From NCBI GenBank assembly GCA_963798915.1, contig CAWCVB010000010.1, positions 32,001 through 96,000 on the forward strand: a stretch of 64,000 nucleotides of DNA. Reading direction: 5' to 3'. The notes below the pieces were generated by a model, which saw only the letters and a list, made by a program, of their open reading frames with translations, was not told the DNA's origin and searched no databases. This document shows, one piece after another, positions 60,921 through 64,000 of this stretch (position 1 is the stretch's first letter; the number at the start of each line of letters is the position of its first letter). Both the position numbers and the translations under genes were made by a program. The DNA comes from an uncultured Gemmatimonadales bacterium (lineage in GTDB: Bacteria > Gemmatimonadota > Gemmatimonadetes > Gemmatimonadales > GWC2-71-9).

Positions 60921-61600
60921 TGTGCGGACTTGGCCGCAGTCAGCGAATCCACCAGCTGCTTGAGCTGGTCATAGCTCATCGCGTTGTAGAGGCGGCCTCC
61001 GATGAGAAAGGTGGGCGTGCCGTTCACGCCCAGCGCCACTCCCTCCTGATAGCTCGCCTCGATCCGCCCGGCGAAGCGGGCCGAGGTCATGCAGGCGTCA
61101 TACTTGTCCACGTCGAGCCCGATGATATCAGCATACTTCCGGAACTGCTTTTCGGCCCCGCCGCCCGACCAGTCGGTCTGGCCCTCGTACAGGAGCGTGT
61201 GCATGGGCCAGAACTTGCCTTGCTCATTGGCGCAGGCCGCGGCATGATCGGCCAGGCGCGCGAACGGATGAATGCTCGAGAGCGGAAAGTCGCGATACCG
61301 CCAGCGGACCTTGCCGGTCTGGATCAGTCGCGCGCGGACGTCTGGAAAGGTCACGATGTCGTAATTGGCGCAGCCGGGGCACTGGTAATCGGCGTATTGC
61401 GTGATCTCGACCGGCGCCGAGTCGGAGCCCAGCAGGTAGCCCCGGAATCCGGCTGTGTCCGACGGGAGCACCACCACGTTTGCCGGGATGCTGGTTGTTG
61501 ATCGCCTGGACATCTGCCAGCCGAGAAAGCCGAGACCGATGACCCCCACCGCGCCGATCGTAAGATAGAAGCCCTTCATTCCGTTGGGCGCTGCCGCCAT
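60917..61600 (-). CDS. DsbA-like thioredoxin-fold protein, membrane anchored
   Basis: DYQCPGC, RDFPL and GTPTF; N-terminal TM. Confidence 0.92.
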   Translation of the reverse strand: MAAAPNGMKGFYLTIGAVGVIGLGFLGWQMSRRSTTSIPANVVVLPSDTAGFRGYLLGSDSAPVEITQYADYQCPGCANYDIVTFPDVRARLIQTGKVRWRYRDFPLSSIHPFARLADHAAACANEQGKFWPMHTLLYEGQTDWSGGGAEKQFRKYADIIGLDVDKYDACMTSARFAGRIEASYQEGVALGVNGTPTFLIGGRLYNAMSYDQLKQLVDSLTAAKSAQ

Positions 61601-61881
61601 GGTTCGTCATCCTCCGGCTCATCAGTGAGAAAATCCGGCTCTCGGGTCGCTTCATCGACGATCCGACGATTGTCCGCCGTCTCGGGCGTGTCGTAGGTCT
61701 GCCGCACTTCGTAATGAAACAACTCGCTGCGGAGCTCGCCCATCAATCGGAGCAATTCGGGAACTGCCGCGAGCAGTTGATCGTTCTTCTCAAGTTCGGT
61801 AATGCGTCCCGACAGCCGCCGCAGCAGTTCCTTCAGTCGTTCGGCCCGGTCCTTGCCATAGATTTCGTCGTGTTCGGTCAT
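61576..61881 (-). CDS. Hypothetical helical protein (101 aa)
   Basis: MTEHDEIYG start, coiled-coil character, acidic tail, overlaps the dsbA-like start. Confidence 0.7.
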   Translation of the reverse strand: MTEHDEIYGKDRAERLKELLRRLSGRITELEKNDQLLAAVPELLRLMGELRSELFHYEVRQTYDTPETADNRRIVDEATREPDFLTDEPEDDEPWRQRPTE

Positions 61882-61947
61882 GGGATCTACCGCCTGATGG
61901 GCACCAAATGTAACCGAACCGGGCAGAAATCGCCGTTTCCCACTCGT

Positions 61948-61977
61948 TTGCACCAAAAGGTGCAACCTCACTATATT
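61948..61977 (+). promoter_or_regulatory. Promoter TTGCAC-N18-TATATT with a perfect palindromic operator over the -35
   Basis: TTGCACC-AAAA-GGTGCAA at 61948-61965; TATATT at 61972-61977. Confidence 0.55.
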
Positions 61978-62016
61978 GCGGCCTCGAATCATCAGTCTCA
62001 AAGAAAAGGAAGGTGC

Positions 62017-62283
62017 ATGAGCAAGAAGACGAATCGACGTGCAATGCCCTCGGCGTCCCCCTCGGTGTTCGAGCAGGCCCGGGACGAGTTATTCAGCCAT
62101 ATCCTCCGCTGCGGCGTCATCGACGCGCTGCCGGAGCACCAGAAGGACTGGTTCGACGATACCATGGGGTATCTGACCGACCGGTACGAGGAGCTGACCG
62201 CCGAGGAATTGAACCAGCTGCGTGTGCTGGGTGAGCGCTACTGCCAGCCGGTGCGCCGGGCCGAGCCCGTCGGCACCGCCTGA
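62017..62283 (+). CDS. Hypothetical small protein (88 aa)
   Basis: AGGAAGG RBS, ATG 62017, upstream promoter and downstream hairpin; high-GC codon usage. Confidence 0.78.
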   Translation: MSKKTNRRAMPSASPSVFEQARDELFSHILRCGVIDALPEHQKDWFDDTMGYLTDRYEELTAEELNQLRVLGERYCQPVRRAEPVGTA

Positions 62284-62303
62284 CACTCGCCACGATCGTC
62301 GAA

Positions 62304-62351
62304 GGCCGGTGAAGCCGGGGCGCGACCCGTTGCGCCCCGGCTTCACCGGCC
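62304..62351. terminator. 20-bp perfect hairpin between convergent genes
   Basis: GGCCGGTGAAGCCGGGGCGC-N8-GCGCCCCGGCTTCACCGGCC. Confidence 0.75.
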
Positions 62352-62354
62352 GCT

Positions 62355-62795
62355 TCATTTCCGGCCCGGAAACCATCGCGTCCGCCATCCCACGGCAAGG
62401 CGCACGCCTCCGCCCAGTCCCGCCTCCACTATCCAGCCGTGCGAGGCCCCCGGATTGGTCTCTGCCCCCACGATCAGTTCCAGATAACCGCGCGTGGCGT
62501 TCTGCTGCTCCACCGCCAGGCCACCGCCGCCATACATCCCCACGCCATGCAGCAGCCCCGGGTTGAGCAGAAAGTGTCCGGTCAGCTCCGCACGAGCGCC
62601 GACACCTCCGGCCCGTCCACCGAGCGCGGCGGCCAGGTTCACGCGAGTTCGATGGGTGACGCGCAGCGCACCAACAATGGCGCCACCGACCAGCGACGAG
62701 TCGCGAAGCAGCGCGAGCGTCTCGATCCCGAACTCCCGCGGCGCCTGCGCGGAAAGCATCGCGGGGAGCATGAGCAGGGTAAGCCAGGGAATCAC
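62355..62795 (-). CDS. Small exported protein, probable outer-membrane beta-barrel
   Basis: Signal LSA-Q and alternating Gly/hydrophobic strands (YGGGGLA, VEAGLGGG.R..VGW). Confidence 0.6.
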   Translation of the reverse strand: MIPWLTLLMLPAMLSAQAPREFGIETLALLRDSSLVGGAIVGALRVTHRTRVNLAAALGGRAGGVGARAELTGHFLLNPGLLHGVGMYGGGGLAVEQQNATRGYLELIVGAETNPGASHGWIVEAGLGGGVRLAVGWRTRWFPGRK

Positions 62796-62864
62796 GAAGA
62801 GACGAAGAACACGAAAGCACGAACGGTGGCCAATTCGTGTTTTCGTGCCCTTCGTGTATCCGTG
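62793..62864. repeat. (CACGAA-core)n / (TTCGTG)n inverted short-repeat element
   Basis: Four ACGAA-core units at 62793-62824 followed by four TTCGTG/TCCGTG units at 62834-62864. Confidence 0.7.
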
Positions 62865-62865
62865 C

Positions 62866-63273
62866 CTACACCAGCTGGATTTCATGCGTCACGGCGATGT
62901 CCGGCGCGAGCGATGCCAGCACGGAACAATATTTTTCGACGGAGAGATTGACCGCGCGTTCAGCCTTGAGCATGTCCAGCCCCTCGCCGGCGATCTCGAA
63001 GACGTAGTGCATTTTTTCGAATCGGCGCGGCTCGCGTTCGCGGCGTTCCCCGTGGGCGAGCACCCGCAGCGACGTGAGCGTCACGCGCATTTTCTCCAGG
63101 ATCAGCACGACATCGGTCGCGGCACACGCGGCACCGGCAAGCAACAGTGCCACCACGGGGCTGGGTGCCTCCTTGGCGTTGCCATCCAGCAGGATGGTCG
63201 GACGGTCAGGGGCGCCGCCGCGGAAGCGCAGCTCCCCTTCCCAGGCGATTTCAGCATCGCGTGTCAGGCTCAT
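62866..63273 (-). CDS. OsmC family protein
   Basis: PSP...LL...AAC...DV..IL.KMR and KYCSV..SL. Confidence 0.93.
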   Translation of the reverse strand: MSLTRDAEIAWEGELRFRGGAPDRPTILLDGNAKEAPSPVVALLLAGAACAATDVVLILEKMRVTLTSLRVLAHGERREREPRRFEKMHYVFEIAGEGLDMLKAERAVNLSVEKYCSVLASLAPDIAVTHEIQLV

Positions 63274-63295
63274 TGTCGGTTTCCCTGTGACAGGA

Positions 63296-63853
63296 TCAGT
63301 GCCCAAGCGGGTGGCGCGCGCTGGGGGCAGCACGCTGGTAGTCCCAGATGGCGTAGAGCGCTACGGCCGTCGTGGCCCAGGCCATCGGCCTCAGGTAGCT
63401 CGAGTTCAGCAGAAAGGCGAGCAGCGTGAGGACCTGCGCCACGGTCACCGCCTTGCCCCCGGCGCGAGCGGGAATCGCCGCCGGCCGGCCACCGGCCATG
63501 GTCATGACGAAGGCCACGGCCGCTACGATATCGCGCAGCAGGACACCGCCAATCTCGAACGGTTCCAGCCGGCCGGAGAGCGCCACCACGGCGAAGGCGC
63601 ATCCCATGAACAGCTTGTCGGCGAGCGGGTCGATAAATGTCCCGAAACGCGAGGCTCCGAAGCGCCGCGCGATGAAGCCATCAAGCAAGTCACTGGCAGC
63701 GGCACCCGCCAGAATGACCAGCCGCACTGCCTGACTGGGCACCAGCAGAAAGCCCAGCGCCATGGGAATCCGGAGGATACTGAGGATGTCCGCCACAGTG
63801 ATGCGACGCTCTTGCTCGCCCTTCCGGGCCGGACTAGCTTCTGCCAACTTCAC
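63296..63853 (-). CDS. CDP-alcohol phosphatidyltransferase (PgsA-like)
   Basis: D..DG..AR....S.FG...DP.ADK signature and RD motif. Confidence 0.92.
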   Translation of the reverse strand: MKLAEASPARKGEQERRITVADILSILRIPMALGFLLVPSQAVRLVILAGAAASDLLDGFIARRFGASRFGTFIDPLADKLFMGCAFAVVALSGRLEPFEIGGVLLRDIVAAVAFVMTMAGGRPAAIPARAGGKAVTVAQVLTLLAFLLNSSYLRPMAWATTAVALYAIWDYQRAAPSARHPLGH

Positions 63854-64000
63854 CCTCGCGGGTCATGGAACGTCGCTCATGACGACCTGTCGTGAGCGTG
63901 CCGAGCGACAACGATACCCGTGTCCGGAAGTACTCTTCAAGGCGGGATGCGCGCCGTGGCCTGGACACAGCATTTTGGCGAACTGAACGACCTGCCGCCC

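Overview
High-GC bacterial chromosomal window. Gene content (pilB-pilT-pilC, SprA/PorV homologues, Oar-type TonB receptors, GWxTD protein) suggests Gemmatimonadota or a related FCB-group lineage; this is inference only. Left to right: a CGNR/ABATE regulator with a double TAACC-N18-GGTTA operator and a divergent Trp-rich sORF; flavin amine oxidase; an ECF sigma cassette; a B-family (ba3) oxidase operon including the unannotated subunit IIa; PAS protein; sprA - glutaminyl-cyclase-like M28 lipoprotein - comEA - pilB/T/C, divergent from lptFG; TonB receptor; APC permease; fused heme A/heme O synthase plus ABC exporter; a cassette of TonB receptor, ~1300-aa protein with a T9SS-like C-terminal domain, PorV, GWxTD protein and repeat lipoprotein; M24 peptidase; V4R protein; an ECF/anti-sigma-led operon ending in FAD oxidoreductase, flavin reductase, methyltransferase, SRPBCC cyclase and ketosynthase; aquaporin; ccmABCD; acs; kup; VKOR/DsbA; OsmC; a PgsA-like gene. 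The main candidates for new biology are a T9SS-like export/uptake system outside Bacteroidota with no motor genes in the window, an apparent Gln(+1) 'Q-rule' with a cognate glutaminyl cyclase, and a small ketosynthase/cyclase lipid cluster. Many long genes carry single-base frameshifts, probably long-read errors. No rRNA, tRNA, CRISPR array or transposase was recognised.
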